Source: a virus
Lineage: Duplodnaviria; Caudoviricetes
Virus record (IMG/VR): IMGVR_UViG_3300027977_000190
Span: 1 to 25,121 of that record
Reading direction: 5' to 3' (one strand)
DNA length: 25,121 nucleotides
The translations under genes were made by a program, and so were the position numbers. The notes beneath the pieces were generated by a model. That model saw nothing but the letters and a program-made list of their open reading frames with translations, was not told the DNA's origin and ran no database searches. The stretch's first letter is position 1. Every line of letters begins with the position of its first letter. Shown piece after piece: positions 24,849-25,121 of the stretch.

Positions 24849-25070
24849 TCAATAGATTTTTTGTTGTTGTATCTCAGGTAGCTTGTTTATTATTGTTTTT
24901 TTATTGATGTTAGAGAAGAAATAGAATAGTGTCCCTAATAAAAGGATATCTATATTAATGATTTTATATTTATTTTCATATAAATAGTATTGCACATAGC
25001 CCAAATTATAAAGAGTATATGCAAAAAGACTTATAGTAAAAAATAACCCCTTGGATTTTTTTATCTTCAA
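24849..25070 (-). CDS. Possible small membrane protein
   Basis: 73-aa ORF with TTG start and two hydrophobic stretches. No SD or recognisable motif, so it may be spurious. Confidence 0.3.
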   Translation of the reverse strand: MKIKKSKGLFFTISLFAYTLYNLGYVQYYLYENKYKIINIDILLLGTLFYFFSNINKKTIINKLPEIQQQKIY

Positions 25071-25121
25071 TTGTATTCTATTACAATGAATTTTATATAG
25101 ATTTTAAAAAAGGGTACCCTA

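Noticed and set aside
1-25121. Stop-codon reassignment (alternative genetic code)
   Set aside because: Genes are full length and densely packed under code 11, and TAA, TAG and TGA all terminate credible genes.

Overview
AT-rich segment of a large tailed dsDNA phage (Caudoviricetes) in standard genetic code. The lipoprotein/spanin-like lysis genes point to a diderm host. Most genes are on the minus strand. Read right to left, they form a late/morphogenesis region: phoH, a 928-aa virion protein, a Zn-ribbon gene, a phage sigma factor, a 364-aa coiled-coil protein, an ERCC4-type nuclease, terminase large subunit, portal, a lysis cassette (holin, lipoproteins/spanins, pesticin-like endolysin), a LamG-like protein, protease-scaffold, decoration protein, major capsid protein, and a repeat-rich fibre gene running off the left edge. 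The right end carries LicD and TagD-like cytidylyltransferase genes. The most striking feature is non-coding: a complete group IA intron ribozyme core (P3-P9.1, ending GAACAAAAUG) on the minus strand at about 20480-20705. It lies between phoH and the 928-aa gene, its core interrupts no ORF, and it sits just downstream of a recurrent GTGTAA promoter-like motif. Candidate P2/P1/P10 partners lie downstream of its 3' splice site, as expected for a naturally circularly permuted, RNA-circle-making group I intron. An alternative reading places a conventional intron in the last codons of phoH. All protein assignments come from motif recognition by eye; no database search or folding program was run.
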